NCBI GenBank assembly: GCA_949282745.1
Contig: CASDQM010000042.1
Coordinates: 322 to 64,321, forward strand
Reading direction: 5' to 3'
DNA from: an uncultured Sutterella sp.
GTDB lineage: Bacteria > Pseudomonadota > Gammaproteobacteria > Burkholderiales > Burkholderiaceae_F
Length of the DNA: 64,000 nucleotides
Position 1 is the stretch's first letter; every line of letters starts with the position of its first letter. The translations under genes and the position numbers were made by a program. Shown here one piece after another: positions 28,882-38,465 of this stretch. Below the pieces are notes generated by a model. The model was not told where the DNA came from and made no database searches. It was given only the letters and a program-made list of their open reading frames with translations.

Positions 28882-31425
28882 TCACTTCTTCGGCCGCTGC
28901 ACGAGCTGCGGACGATGGAGCGAGTCGATGATGGTGATCACCAGGCCGCGGATGTTGTTTTCCGTCGTGCGGTAGGGAGCGATGCGCATCGTGTAGAAGC
29001 GCTCGTTGTTCCCGACCACTTCGCGGTCGATCGGCGCGAGGTCCTTCAGAACGCACTTCGCGTCGGCGATGATGTCCTCCTCCGGGAAGGCGTGCGCGAA
29101 GATCTGCAGCGATCGGCCCACGTCCTGCTGCACGAGATCGAACTCGCGTCCCACGTACTCGGTGAACTTGCGGATGTTGAGCTTGCTGTCCACGAAGAGG
29201 ATCCCGATCATGGTCGAGGAGAGGAAGTTCGAGAGGTCGTTGTCCATCATCGTGAGTTCGTCGAGTTTCTGCTGATACTCGGAATTCACGGTGTAGAGCT
29301 CTTCGTTGACGGACTGGAGTTCCTCGTTCGAGCTCTGCAGTTCCTCGTTCGCCGTGAGAAGCTCTTCGTTGGCGGCCTGCAGTTCCTCATTCACGGTTTC
29401 GAGTTCCCCGATCGTCGAGCGCAGTTCGCTCTTGCTTCCCTGGAGCTCCTGTTCGAGGTCCATGATGCGCTGCGCCGCGGTGTGGTCGATGTCGTACTTC
29501 TCGGTCGTTCCGTCGAACTTGATGCTGTCGCGGTGTTCGAGAAAGAGGATCGCGATGAAGTCCTCGTCCTTTTCCGTCATGGAAATCGGCTGCACCGAAA
29601 GATCGATGATGCGGCGTCCCTTGGGAGTGTCGACGGCGATGTCCGTGTAGGTGACGGGGGCGTGCTCGTGCCGGCAGCGGTTGAGCGCCGTCGACGCGAT
29701 GAGGTGCAAATCCTTCGTAATCAGCGCAAAGAGATTGAACGTCGCCTTGCCCGGGGCGATGTTCACGTAGTCCGTGCTGTTGCCGAAGAAGTGAATGATG
29801 TCGTTGTTGCCGTTGACCACGACGGACGCCGGGAGGAAGCGCTCGAGGAAGTGAACGTAGATGTTCTCGAGTTGCTTGGGATCGTCCGAACGGGGAATCC
29901 CCGCGTGCGAGAACGTGACGGGGGGCAGAATGTTGTTGGGCACGTTGAAGACGGGCGGCTGCAGATCGTCGACCTTGCCGTCGGCGCAGTGGAGATAGAT
30001 CTTCTCCATGTTGGCGACGACCTGAAAGACGCTCGAGTATTCGCTCGCCGTCTCGCTTTTGCCGAGGAAGAGATAGCCGCCGTTCTTGAGCGCCGTGTGG
30101 AAGATGGCGAAGACGGCCTTCTGCAGAATCGGCTGGAAGTAAATCAGCACGTTTCGGCAGCTGATGAGGTCGAGCTTTCCGAAGGGAGGATCGGAAAACA
30201 TGTTGTGCGGCGCGAAGATGATCATCTTCCGGATTTCTTTCGAAATGTGGTACTGATCGTTCTTCTCGGTGAAGTACTTCGCGAGCCGCTCGGGCGTGAT
30301 GTCTTCCGAGACGCTTTCGGGGAAGACCCCCTTGCTCGCCTTTTCGATCGCCTGAGGATCGATGTCGGTCGCGAAGATCTTCACGTCGCGCTTCACGCCC
30401 GTCTCCTCCATCAGTTCCTTGAGGAGAATGGCGATCGAGTAGGCTTCTTCGCCCGTGGAGCATCCGGCCGACCAGATGCGGATCGGTTCGGTCGGATTGC
30501 CGTTGTGCAGAATCGACGTGAGAGCCGTTTCCTTGAGTTTTTCAAAGAAGTCGCTGTCGCGGAAAAAGCGCGTGACGCCGATGAGGATGTCCTTCATGAG
30601 GAGTTCGGCCTCGCCGGAGTTCTGCTCGAGCAGGTCGGCGTAGTGCTCCATCGTCGGACTCTTCGTCACGACCATGCGCCGTTCGATGCGGCGAAGCACG
30701 GTGTTGCGCTTGTAGTACGTGAAGTCGATTCCGCTCACGGTGCGCAGCATCGCGTAGATGCGGTCGAGCGTCGTGTTGGCGGAGGATTCGTCCGAAATCG
30801 CGGGAAGCGAGATGTTGTGGTAGTTCGCGAGATTGAGGAGCTCTTCGGCGAGTTCCTTCGGGGGCAGGACGAAGTCGGCGAGTCCCGTGTTGATGACCGA
30901 CCGGGGCATGCCGTCGAACTTTGCGCTCTTGGGGTCCTGCGCCATGACGATGCCGCCGCGCTCCTTGATCGTCTTGATCCCGTTGGTGCCGTCCGAGCCC
31001 GTGCCGGAGAGCACGATGCCGACGGCCCGGTCGCGCGCCTCGTTCGCGAGAGAGTCAAAGAAGATGTCGATCGGGTGATTGATCGCGCGGTGGTCGAAGT
31101 CGCTCAGAAGAAGATGTCCCGCCTTGATGGAGAGGTTCTTTTTGGGCGGAATGAGATACACCGCGTTGGGTTCGGCGGGCATGAGGTGCTCGGCCTGAAT
31201 CACGGGCATCGAGGTGTACTTCGCGAGAATCTCCGCCATGAGACTCTTGTAGTCGGGCGAGAGGTGCTGAATGATCACGAAGGTCATGTTGGCGTTGGCG
31301 GGCAGATTCGCAAAAAGGGTCTGCAGAGCCTCGAGTCCTCCCGCAGATGCGCCGATGCCGACGATGAATCGGGCCTCAGTCCGATACGGCGCGCCGGAAT
31401 GGTTCAATGCATTTTCGTTGGTCAT
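28882..31425 (-). CDS. CheB methylesterase - CheR methyltransferase - coiled coil - PAS fusion protein
   Basis: CheB triad S/H/D in GIGASAGG, IQHLSP and LSGTGSDG. CheR motifs IGVTRFFRD, IWSAGCSTGEEAYS, ATDID and CRNVLIYF. (xxNEEL)5 coiled coil and a C-terminal PAS-like domain. No kinase domain. Confidence 0.93.
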   Translation of the reverse strand: MTNENALNHSGAPYRTEARFIVGIGASAGGLEALQTLFANLPANANMTFVIIQHLSPDYKSLMAEILAKYTSMPVIQAEHLMPAEPNAVYLIPPKKNLSIKAGHLLLSDFDHRAINHPIDIFFDSLANEARDRAVGIVLSGTGSDGTNGIKTIKERGGIVMAQDPKSAKFDGMPRSVINTGLADFVLPPKELAEELLNLANYHNISLPAISDESSANTTLDRIYAMLRTVSGIDFTYYKRNTVLRRIERRMVVTKSPTMEHYADLLEQNSGEAELLMKDILIGVTRFFRDSDFFEKLKETALTSILHNGNPTEPIRIWSAGCSTGEEAYSIAILLKELMEETGVKRDVKIFATDIDPQAIEKASKGVFPESVSEDITPERLAKYFTEKNDQYHISKEIRKMIIFAPHNMFSDPPFGKLDLISCRNVLIYFQPILQKAVFAIFHTALKNGGYLFLGKSETASEYSSVFQVVANMEKIYLHCADGKVDDLQPPVFNVPNNILPPVTFSHAGIPRSDDPKQLENIYVHFLERFLPASVVVNGNNDIIHFFGNSTDYVNIAPGKATFNLFALITKDLHLIASTALNRCRHEHAPVTYTDIAVDTPKGRRIIDLSVQPISMTEKDEDFIAILFLEHRDSIKFDGTTEKYDIDHTAAQRIMDLEQELQGSKSELRSTIGELETVNEELQAANEELLTANEELQSSNEELQSVNEELYTVNSEYQQKLDELTMMDNDLSNFLSSTMIGILFVDSKLNIRKFTEYVGREFDLVQQDVGRSLQIFAHAFPEEDIIADAKCVLKDLAPIDREVVGNNERFYTMRIAPYRTTENNIRGLVITIIDSLHRPQLVQRPKK
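29297..29406 (-). repeat. Imperfect 21-bp tandem repeat encoding five NEEL heptads
   Basis: ETVNEELQAANEELLTANEELQSSNEELQSVNEEL. Confidence 0.85.
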
Positions 31426-31437
31426 GTTTCTCTCGCC

Positions 31438-34400
31438 TTATTCGCCGAAAGTGGATTGTGCATTGATTGTACCGTTTTGTAGGTATTTGGCCGCAAAATC
31501 TTCGGAGGGCAGGGGACGTTCGTAAAAGTTTCCCTGCGCCACAAAGCATTTTTTACTCAGCAGAACTTTCGCCTGCGCCTCGGTTTCGACGCCTTCGGCC
31601 ACGACGACGGCGTTTTGCCCGCGGCAGATGCCGACGATGCTTTCGACGAGCGAACGGCTCACGGGATTGCCGACGACGTCGAGAATGAGCGAGCGGTCGA
31701 GTTTGACGGTGTCGAAGCGCACCTTCGAGAACATCGAAAGGTTTGAGTAGCCCGTGCCGAAGTCGTCGAGCGCGAATCGGAAGCCCAGATCCCGATAGGG
31801 ACGCAGGGCGTGCTCGAGCGTGTCCTTTTCGACGGAGCAGGCGGTTTCGGTGATTTCGATTTCGATGAGGCTCGGGTCGATCCGGTCATAGTGGCTCAGC
31901 ACGGCGAGCACCGCGCCCGCGGCCGAGTGGTCGAACACGGTGAAGCGGGAGAAGTTTACGGCGACGGGAACGAGCGGCAGCCCCTGCGACTTCCAGACGT
32001 TCATCTGCCAGAGCACGCGCGAGAGGACGAAGAGGTCGAGTTCGCGCAGGGCCCCGCTCTTTTCCATCTGCGGGATGAAGTGCGCGGGCGAAACCGGGCT
32101 GCCCCTTTCGTCAAGTCCCCGCACGAGCGCTTCGGCGCCGCAGATGCGGCCGGTGCGAAGATCGAACTTGGGCTGGTAGTACACCGTGAAGTCGGCGATC
32201 GTCTTCGTGGAAAAGCGCGGAGCGCCCTTGGGCGTCGATGAGACGGCGGCGGCGAACGGACGGTCGGCCTGCGAGAGCATGATGGTGCGGGCCTCCTTCA
32301 GGAGGTTTTCGCCCGAGAAGATGCCCCTCGACCAGCTTGCACCCGTGGCGATCTGCCCGGGGAAGGTTCTTGCGGCAAAGCACTTCAGGTCGTCCGCGCG
32401 CTCAAAAAACGCCTCCTTCGTGACGTTCGGCGCAAGAAGGGCAAGCTCCATGTCGAAGAGGTGCACGAGCACGGCGTTCGCGAAACTGCGCCGCAGTTCT
32501 CCAGCGAGCGCCTGCATGATGGCGGCGAAGTGTTCCGTTCCGTTTTCGTTGGCGATCTTCAGGGCCTGCGGAACGGCGGCCACGAACGCCCCCATCGTCA
32601 CGCAGTGTTCCGAATTGAGGGAGGCGAGCGCGTCGTGACAGGCGGCGGGGCTCGTGAGGACGTTCGCCTCCGGGGCGAGCGGCAGAAGTTCGTCGCGGCT
32701 CGCCTTGAGCATGCGCTCGTTCAGGAGCGCAAGATAGGGGGCGAGGGCAACGGGAAGCGAGCGGTCGTCGTGCCGGACTTCAGGAGCTTCGATGACGAGG
32801 AGCACGGCCGGGGTGTTTGCAGACGTTCCGCAGGGAACGATCGCATAGGTCCAGGGCGCGCGGTCCGACGGGTCCGCGGCGTCGCCGCTTCGCTTGGCGC
32901 TTCGCACGAAGGCGGGCTTGCCCGAGGCGAGGGCGCGCGTGAGAAGCGGGAACTTCAGCATGGACCGCCCAAGGAGTGCGGGACGGATGGCGGGCTTTCC
33001 TTCGTTCGACCACTCGGTCGCCTCTTCGATCGTCCGGGCGTCTTCCGAGAGCCGCAGCGTGTAGACGCGGGCGGCGCCGTAGTGCCGTCCGAGGACCGCG
33101 AGGATCGCCTCGAGCGCCGCCAAGGGACGGGGCGTGCGGATCAAGAGGTCTAGACACGTGAGCAGGACCGCGTTTTCGTCGGGCGTAAGCGCCGAGGGGA
33201 TCGGCGAATCCGGGACGCGTTCCGCATCGGCTGTTCCGAGACGGCGAAGCGCGTCGGCGCGGGCCGCACATTCGTCGGGGCGAAGCTGCTCGACGGCGTC
33301 GTCGGGTTCCGGTGAAAGGTGTTCAAGGGCGTCGGCCGCGTCGCGCCAGAAGGCGTCGAGCCCAACGGGATCGAGTTCGCCGTGCGTGAAGACGGCCGTG
33401 AAGCGGACGTCCCGACCGGGAAAGAGTTCGAGCGCGCGGCGCACGAAGGCGAAGGCGTCTTCCAGGGCCTTCCGCGCCCGGGCGGACGTCGCGCAGTCGG
33501 GGAGAAAGACCTTGATCGAATCGGCCGATGCGCGGCTTACGATGCCGAGGGACTCGAAAAAGAGTCCGAAGGCCGAAGCGATGAAGGAAAGGGATTCCTC
33601 TTCTCTGCCGCAGGGCGCGAGCGCAGTGCGCACGAGCGCAAACGCCGAGGCGGTCGTCGCGTGGGCGAGGTGCGTTTCGGCGACGTGACGGTCTTCGCCG
33701 GGTTTGCAAAGTTCCTCTTCGTCGCGAAGAATCTTGGGGAGCCGCAGAAGGCGCGCCTCCGACCCGGCCTTTTCGGACCGGACAAGGTAGAAGTGCGCCG
33801 CAAGATGTCCGTTCTCGCCGGACGCAAGCAGTACGTAGAGCGTCGCCGCGCACAGACGGCTGTCGTTTTCGATGCGGACGAAGGGTTCGCACAGCCACCG
33901 CGGCGTGCCGTGAAACTCAGACGCCAAGCGTTCGGGCGCAAGGTTCTCCCGAAGAGCTCGCCGCGTCTCGTCGCCGAAGACGTTCCCGAGGCACTTTTCG
34001 AGGAGATCCGTGTAGCGAAGCGTCCGCACCGAAAGGTCGAAGGAATGCCCTTCGAGCCGGCAGGATTCGACGCGGTTCTCCGTGAGATCCGCGAGAGCGT
34101 AACCGTGAAGAGCCGGAAAGAGCGGCGGACACAGAGCCTGCGCCGTCAAATCCTGCGGGAGAGGCTGCTGCAGACCCAAGCCCGAGATCGTGCCGAAGAC
34201 GAGCCCCGACTCGGGATCGCTCTCGAAGTCGACGCGGCAGCGGTGATGGTTTCCGTCCGGCCGAAGCCGCAGGACGAAAAAGTCCGCGCCCCGCTTTTCG
34301 CCGCAGAGCACGCGGCGCGCAAAGGAACGAAAGCCTTCGGCGCTCTGCGGGTGCACGATTCCGCGTTCGATCAGAACGTCGGGGAAGGGACCGTCCGTGA

Positions 34401-34935
34401 CGACCGTCTCGAAGCCGTCGCCATCGGACCGCGCCAGCGAGAGAATCTGCCGCTTGCCGTCGAAAACCCAGGCGCGCAAAGCGCCGTATTCGAGCTCGAG
34501 TCGGCCGAGGGGAGACGAAAGGGAAGCAGCGTCGCGCGAGGTTTCCAGAAGGACGGCCGGCCCGTCGGAGCCCTGACGGAGGGGTTCGACCTTCACGAAG
34601 CGAAGGGATCGGACGCCCCCGTCCGCCGCGGCTGCGGTCTCTTGCAGAAGCGTGAAGCCCCGGCCGCTTTTCGCGGCCGAGAGAAGCTTCTGTGCGTACG
34701 GAACTCCGACGGCCTCGGGGAGACCGAGTCCCGTCACCGGACAGGGGGGCGGCAGATCTTCGGACACGCGGAGCATTCGGCGTGCCGCGTCGTTCAGGTA
34801 CTGCGCGTGGACTTCGTCCGAAGGCGAGACTTCGTAGAGGACGATGCCCGTTTGGGCCTCGGTCGGTCCGGCGGACCGGTTTCGGCCTTCGTCGTCGAAA
34901 GCCGCGTTGCGGGAAAGAACGAAGCTGGAAGTCAT
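31438..34935 (-). CDS. Large cytoplasmic c-di-GMP phosphodiesterase: PAS-like domains, degenerate GGDEF, GAF, degenerate GGDEF and EAL
   Basis: Intact EAL motifs YYQPK, AEALVR, AVNFS, IEITET, LDDFGTGYS, VKLD, AEGVET and AQG. GGDEF positions read ASADS and FDMEL. No TM segment seen. Upstream domain calls are tentative. Confidence 0.88.
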   Translation of the reverse strand: MTSSFVLSRNAAFDDEGRNRSAGPTEAQTGIVLYEVSPSDEVHAQYLNDAARRMLRVSEDLPPPCPVTGLGLPEAVGVPYAQKLLSAAKSGRGFTLLQETAAAADGGVRSLRFVKVEPLRQGSDGPAVLLETSRDAASLSSPLGRLELEYGALRAWVFDGKRQILSLARSDGDGFETVVTDGPFPDVLIERGIVHPQSAEGFRSFARRVLCGEKRGADFFVLRLRPDGNHHRCRVDFESDPESGLVFGTISGLGLQQPLPQDLTAQALCPPLFPALHGYALADLTENRVESCRLEGHSFDLSVRTLRYTDLLEKCLGNVFGDETRRALRENLAPERLASEFHGTPRWLCEPFVRIENDSRLCAATLYVLLASGENGHLAAHFYLVRSEKAGSEARLLRLPKILRDEEELCKPGEDRHVAETHLAHATTASAFALVRTALAPCGREEESLSFIASAFGLFFESLGIVSRASADSIKVFLPDCATSARARKALEDAFAFVRRALELFPGRDVRFTAVFTHGELDPVGLDAFWRDAADALEHLSPEPDDAVEQLRPDECAARADALRRLGTADAERVPDSPIPSALTPDENAVLLTCLDLLIRTPRPLAALEAILAVLGRHYGAARVYTLRLSEDARTIEEATEWSNEGKPAIRPALLGRSMLKFPLLTRALASGKPAFVRSAKRSGDAADPSDRAPWTYAIVPCGTSANTPAVLLVIEAPEVRHDDRSLPVALAPYLALLNERMLKASRDELLPLAPEANVLTSPAACHDALASLNSEHCVTMGAFVAAVPQALKIANENGTEHFAAIMQALAGELRRSFANAVLVHLFDMELALLAPNVTKEAFFERADDLKCFAARTFPGQIATGASWSRGIFSGENLLKEARTIMLSQADRPFAAAVSSTPKGAPRFSTKTIADFTVYYQPKFDLRTGRICGAEALVRGLDERGSPVSPAHFIPQMEKSGALRELDLFVLSRVLWQMNVWKSQGLPLVPVAVNFSRFTVFDHSAAGAVLAVLSHYDRIDPSLIEIEITETACSVEKDTLEHALRPYRDLGFRFALDDFGTGYSNLSMFSKVRFDTVKLDRSLILDVVGNPVSRSLVESIVGICRGQNAVVVAEGVETEAQAKVLLSKKCFVAQGNFYERPLPSEDFAAKYLQNGTINAQSTFGE

Positions 34936-34980
34936 AACGGTAGTCGAAAAGAATTCCGATGGATTGGCGCGGTTCGGCCG

Positions 34981-36654
34981 TCATTCCGGATACTTGACCC
35001 ACTTGCCGGTGTTGAGCCGCACCCAGTGGGCGCCCGCAAAGCGCACGACGCTCGCGTTGGCGTTCTGCGATACGGGCCAGGTCTGAGGCAGATCCTTGAG
35101 GATCGCGTTGACCTCGGCCGAGACGTCCTCGCCGTGCGTACGGTAGACGCCGCTCACGGCCGTGCGGGCCATGAGTTCCGCGATCGCCAGATAGCTCGTC
35201 GGTTCTTCGACCGTGCGGGGAGCGCCGTCGAGCTTGAGTCCGAAGAATTTCACGAAGACGGGAACGTTTGTGATCTTCGGGCTCGGAATTTCGCGAAGCC
35301 GCGCCATCTGGATCTTGTCGCCGCGTACCGCCGCCCCGTGTTCGGGTACGACGATGAAGAGCACCGGCCGACCGCTCTTTTCGATGCGGTCCATGATGCG
35401 CTCGAGCTCGTCCAGGAGGGTCTTCGCAAGCGGTGCGTAGTCGAGCGGCTTCAAGGTTCCCGGAGCGCGGTTTCCGTCGTGGAGCGCCACGAGATTGAAG
35501 AACGAAACGGTTCTCGACGCGGGCTTCTCCGAGAGGTCCGAGAACCACTGATTGAAGACGTCGCCGTCGTCGTAGACGGGCGAGCCGTCGAAGGCTTCGT
35601 AGCGGCCGCGAAGCTTCGTGAGGTCGTTGAGGGCGGGGGTGAGTCCTGCGAGCTCACGAAGCGATTCAAGATAGTTGTCGAACCGTCCGTTGTGGTCGAG
35701 ATAGAGGCGGTTTTCCCATCCCGCCGCCGCAAAGCGGTTGAGGAGTTCGCACTGCGGACGGCGCTGGTCGTAGAGGGCCGAATGCGAGGGCTGTCCGCAG
35801 GCGGCGGTCAGCAGGCGCAGGGTCGCGGGTCCCGAGTACGACGTGGCCGAGGAAAAGTCCGTGAAGCGCACGTCGAACTTCGACCAGACGTCGTGGTCTT
35901 CGAGTCCCGTCGCGGCAAGGTCGTCGCGCGAGAGCGAGCAGATGTTGACGAGCGCGATGTCGAAGGCGCCCGAAACCGATTCGGGAACGGGATCGGACGG
36001 AAGACTCGCGACGCGGTTTTCCTCCTCCGTCAGGAAAGCGGTCAGCCAGCGGTCGATGTCGTCGCCCGTGCCGTTTGCGGGTTGCGGAGGCTGAAGCGGA
36101 CCGGCCGCCGTTTCGTTCTCGGGGGCGGCCGCTTTTTCGGCTGCGACGGCGACCGCCGCCTCGGGCGCCTTCGGCTCTTCCGGCAGCGCCCAAGTGACGA
36201 GCTGCGGGAAGGCCGTGACGACGAGACCGATCACGGTGAGGGTCGAAAAGCGGATCCAGCGGCGCAGAAAGAGCCACGCGACGATCCCGGCCGCGAGCCA
36301 CGCGACGATGACGGGATTCACGGCGTTGACGACGAAGTCGATCAGAAACGACGCGGAAAAGTCCGCGAGGTTGTGCGCGTTCGCGCGGATCGCCTCGGGT
36401 CCGGGCAGCCAGCTCTCGTGCCAGAGAAGCGCAACGGCCGCAAGGGCGCCGGCAAGGTTGCGCAAAAGGTCGAGCGCGCGCGTGCCGATCGGAAGGACGA
36501 CCGCGGCGAAGAGGAGCGCGTTGTAGGCGGGCTCGAGATTCAGGTAGCCGAAGTAGGCGAGTGCGAACTTCGCCAGAAAGTACACGTTGAACCAGCCCGC
36601 GCCCTTCCAGACCGTTTCAAGCGGGGCGTCCTGGGAAATCTTGGGGCTCGTCAT
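34981..36654 (-). CDS. bcsG: Cellulose phosphoethanolamine transferase BcsG
   Basis: N-terminal TM block (WFNVYFLAKFALAYFGYLN), NICSLS, SATSYSGPA (catalytic Ser), HDGNR, VPEHGA and LREIPSPKIT. Confidence 0.95.
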   Translation of the reverse strand: MTSPKISQDAPLETVWKGAGWFNVYFLAKFALAYFGYLNLEPAYNALLFAAVVLPIGTRALDLLRNLAGALAAVALLWHESWLPGPEAIRANAHNLADFSASFLIDFVVNAVNPVIVAWLAAGIVAWLFLRRWIRFSTLTVIGLVVTAFPQLVTWALPEEPKAPEAAVAVAAEKAAAPENETAAGPLQPPQPANGTGDDIDRWLTAFLTEEENRVASLPSDPVPESVSGAFDIALVNICSLSRDDLAATGLEDHDVWSKFDVRFTDFSSATSYSGPATLRLLTAACGQPSHSALYDQRRPQCELLNRFAAAGWENRLYLDHNGRFDNYLESLRELAGLTPALNDLTKLRGRYEAFDGSPVYDDGDVFNQWFSDLSEKPASRTVSFFNLVALHDGNRAPGTLKPLDYAPLAKTLLDELERIMDRIEKSGRPVLFIVVPEHGAAVRGDKIQMARLREIPSPKITNVPVFVKFFGLKLDGAPRTVEEPTSYLAIAELMARTAVSGVYRTHGEDVSAEVNAILKDLPQTWPVSQNANASVVRFAGAHWVRLNTGKWVKYPE

Positions 36655-36866
36655 TTGTCGTCGGATGCTTTCGTCGCAATGGAGTCGGGACCAAGGTCAA
36701 GCAAGTCGCTCAATTTATACTCTCTCGAGACGGCGCGGCGGCCGACAAAGAGCCAGCGAAGCCGCGCGGCAAGGCGGGAGAGCCGCGGCGCGAAAAACCA
36801 CCCCGCGGCGAAGGCGAGGATAACCGCAATCGCAAGGACGTGGGGCTCAAAGAGAATCGGGGGCAT
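36651..36866 (-). CDS. bcsF: Small single-TM cellulose biosynthesis protein BcsF
   Basis: 71 aa with one TM followed by a basic stretch. Lies between bcsE and bcsG with a 4-nt overlap. Confidence 0.75.
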   Translation of the reverse strand: MPPILFEPHVLAIAVILAFAAGWFFAPRLSRLAARLRWLFVGRRAVSREYKLSDLLDLGPDSIATKASDDK

Positions 36867-36869
36867 GGG

Positions 36870-38465
36870 TCACTTCTTCCAGGGAAAAACGATCGGCGTC
36901 GGCACGATCGGGTTGGGACGCGGCGTTGCGTCGTCGGCCTTTGAGGCGTCTGCGCACTGGGCGAAGGTTCGCCGCGCGGATTCGTCCGTCGGACTTTCGC
37001 GAAAGGTTTCGATCGCCCGCAGCTCCGACAGAATGTCGGCCGTTTCGAAGACGAGGGAGTAGTGCGCGAAGAGTTCCGCGGGCTCCACGGCAAAGCAGCG
37101 CTCGAGCGCCAACTCTACGTTGGAGGGGTGGGAGCCGTTCAGAAACACCGCGCAGCGCCGTCCCACCGCGCAGGCGATGTCGCCCGCGCGCTTGGGCTGG
37201 AAATGCGCGAGACAGTCTTCGGGGTTGAGCATCTCGTCGGGCTCGAGCGTGACGAGCGTCCCTCGGTTGAGGGGAACGAAATTCGTCTCGCTGAAGGTGA
37301 CGAGCCGCCGCACGAGGTCGGTGAAGTCGTTCCGGTCGAGCACGCCCCTCGCGTGCGCCGCGAGAACGAAGGCGAGCGACGCCTCGAAGTCCGCGGGCAG
37401 CTCCCGCGAAAAGACGGCGTGCCGCAGATCGACCAGGGTCATGCCGATGTATTCGATCCCGGCCGAGGCCTCGAAGACGACGTTCGCGCCGCAGCCGAGC
37501 AAAAAGGCGAGCGACGCGGCGCGCACGGGCACCTTGTCGGGAACGACCGCGAGCTTCAGGTGCCGTCCCCGCGTTTTTCTGAGCGTGTAGAGCGCCCGCG
37601 CGACGGGGGCGAGGTCCTGCGTGCCTTCGAGAGAAAAGACGAGGGTCGCAGCGCTCGCGCGGCTTCCGATGCGCGCAAGCGCCTCGTTGTCGGGAACCGT
37701 CCTGAGGTTGAGGAGTCCGCTCGTGCGTTCGTTGAGTTTTGCCGAGGCGCTGTAGACGATGTCCGCGTCCTCGAGCACGGCGGTGTCCTCTTCGAACCCT
37801 TCGGGCGCGGCAAAGCCCGCGCCGTCGCGGCGCAGCGTGACTTCGAACTGTCCCGTGAAGCGGTGCAGACCGTACCAGAAGCGCGCCTGCCAGAGACATT
37901 CGTCCTTCTTCTTGGTGAGCTGTGCGAGGCCTCCGAGGCGGTGCCGGAAGGAGAGGAGCCGATAGAGGAACTCTTCGTCCCCGGGGCCGCTTCCGTAGAA
38001 GACGAGGAGAACGATGTGGCCCTGTTGCTCCGCGGCCGCGGCGATGCGCGCGAGCCGGTCCGTGAGGGCGCGCTCGTCGCCGAGCGCGACGGACGCGGCC
38101 CGACAGAGGAGAAGGATCGTCTGCGGTTCGTCAAAGAGGTTCGCGAGCGCCTGCGCCAGACCTTCGAGCGGCCAGACGTAGTAGGGAAAGCGAAGCCTTT
38201 TGATGCGGCGAACGCTCCAGGAGAGAGGCTCCCGGAGTTCGTCCGCATGCTCTCGGAAGAATTCCCGAACCTTTTTTCTTTCATCGTCGTCGCGAAGCAC
38301 GAAAAGAATCGGAGGGCGTTCGCCCTCACGGAGGCGACACCCGAAGAGAAGCGGCATGGCCTCTTCGATCGACGTCGCGCACACGACGCCCACCGAACCA
38401 GGGTTGAGCGTGCGGCGGCTGTCCGCGAGTCCCCGCAGGGGAAGTTCCAGACTGCGATCAGACAT
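36870..38465 (-). CDS. bcsE: c-di-GMP-binding protein BcsE (GIL domain); start re-called at MSDRSL
   Basis: VARALYTLRKTRGRHLKL, LLGCGANVV, and the RxGD motif RAGD followed by AVFLNG. Adjacent to bcsF/G. Confidence 0.88.
   Translation of the reverse strand: MSDRSLELPLRGLADSRRTLNPGSVGVVCATSIEEAMPLLFGCRLREGERPPILFVLRDDDERKKVREFFREHADELREPLSWSVRRIKRLRFPYYVWPLEGLAQALANLFDEPQTILLLCRAASVALGDERALTDRLARIAAAAEQQGHIVLLVFYGSGPGDEEFLYRLLSFRHRLGGLAQLTKKKDECLWQARFWYGLHRFTGQFEVTLRRDGAGFAAPEGFEEDTAVLEDADIVYSASAKLNERTSGLLNLRTVPDNEALARIGSRASAATLVFSLEGTQDLAPVARALYTLRKTRGRHLKLAVVPDKVPVRAASLAFLLGCGANVVFEASAGIEYIGMTLVDLRHAVFSRELPADFEASLAFVLAAHARGVLDRNDFTDLVRRLVTFSETNFVPLNRGTLVTLEPDEMLNPEDCLAHFQPKRAGDIACAVGRRCAVFLNGSHPSNVELALERCFAVEPAELFAHYSLVFETADILSELRAIETFRESPTDESARRTFAQCADASKADDATPRPNPIVPTPIVFPWKK

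Noticed and set aside
29297-29406. 21-bp periodic repeat as a CRISPR or VNTR
   Set aside because: It is in frame, has no spacers and varies at wobble positions, so it is a protein heptad repeat.
28882-31425. Chemotaxis operon
   Set aside because: No cheA, cheW, cheY, MCP or flagellar genes occur in the window, and the gene is coupled to the bcs operon.
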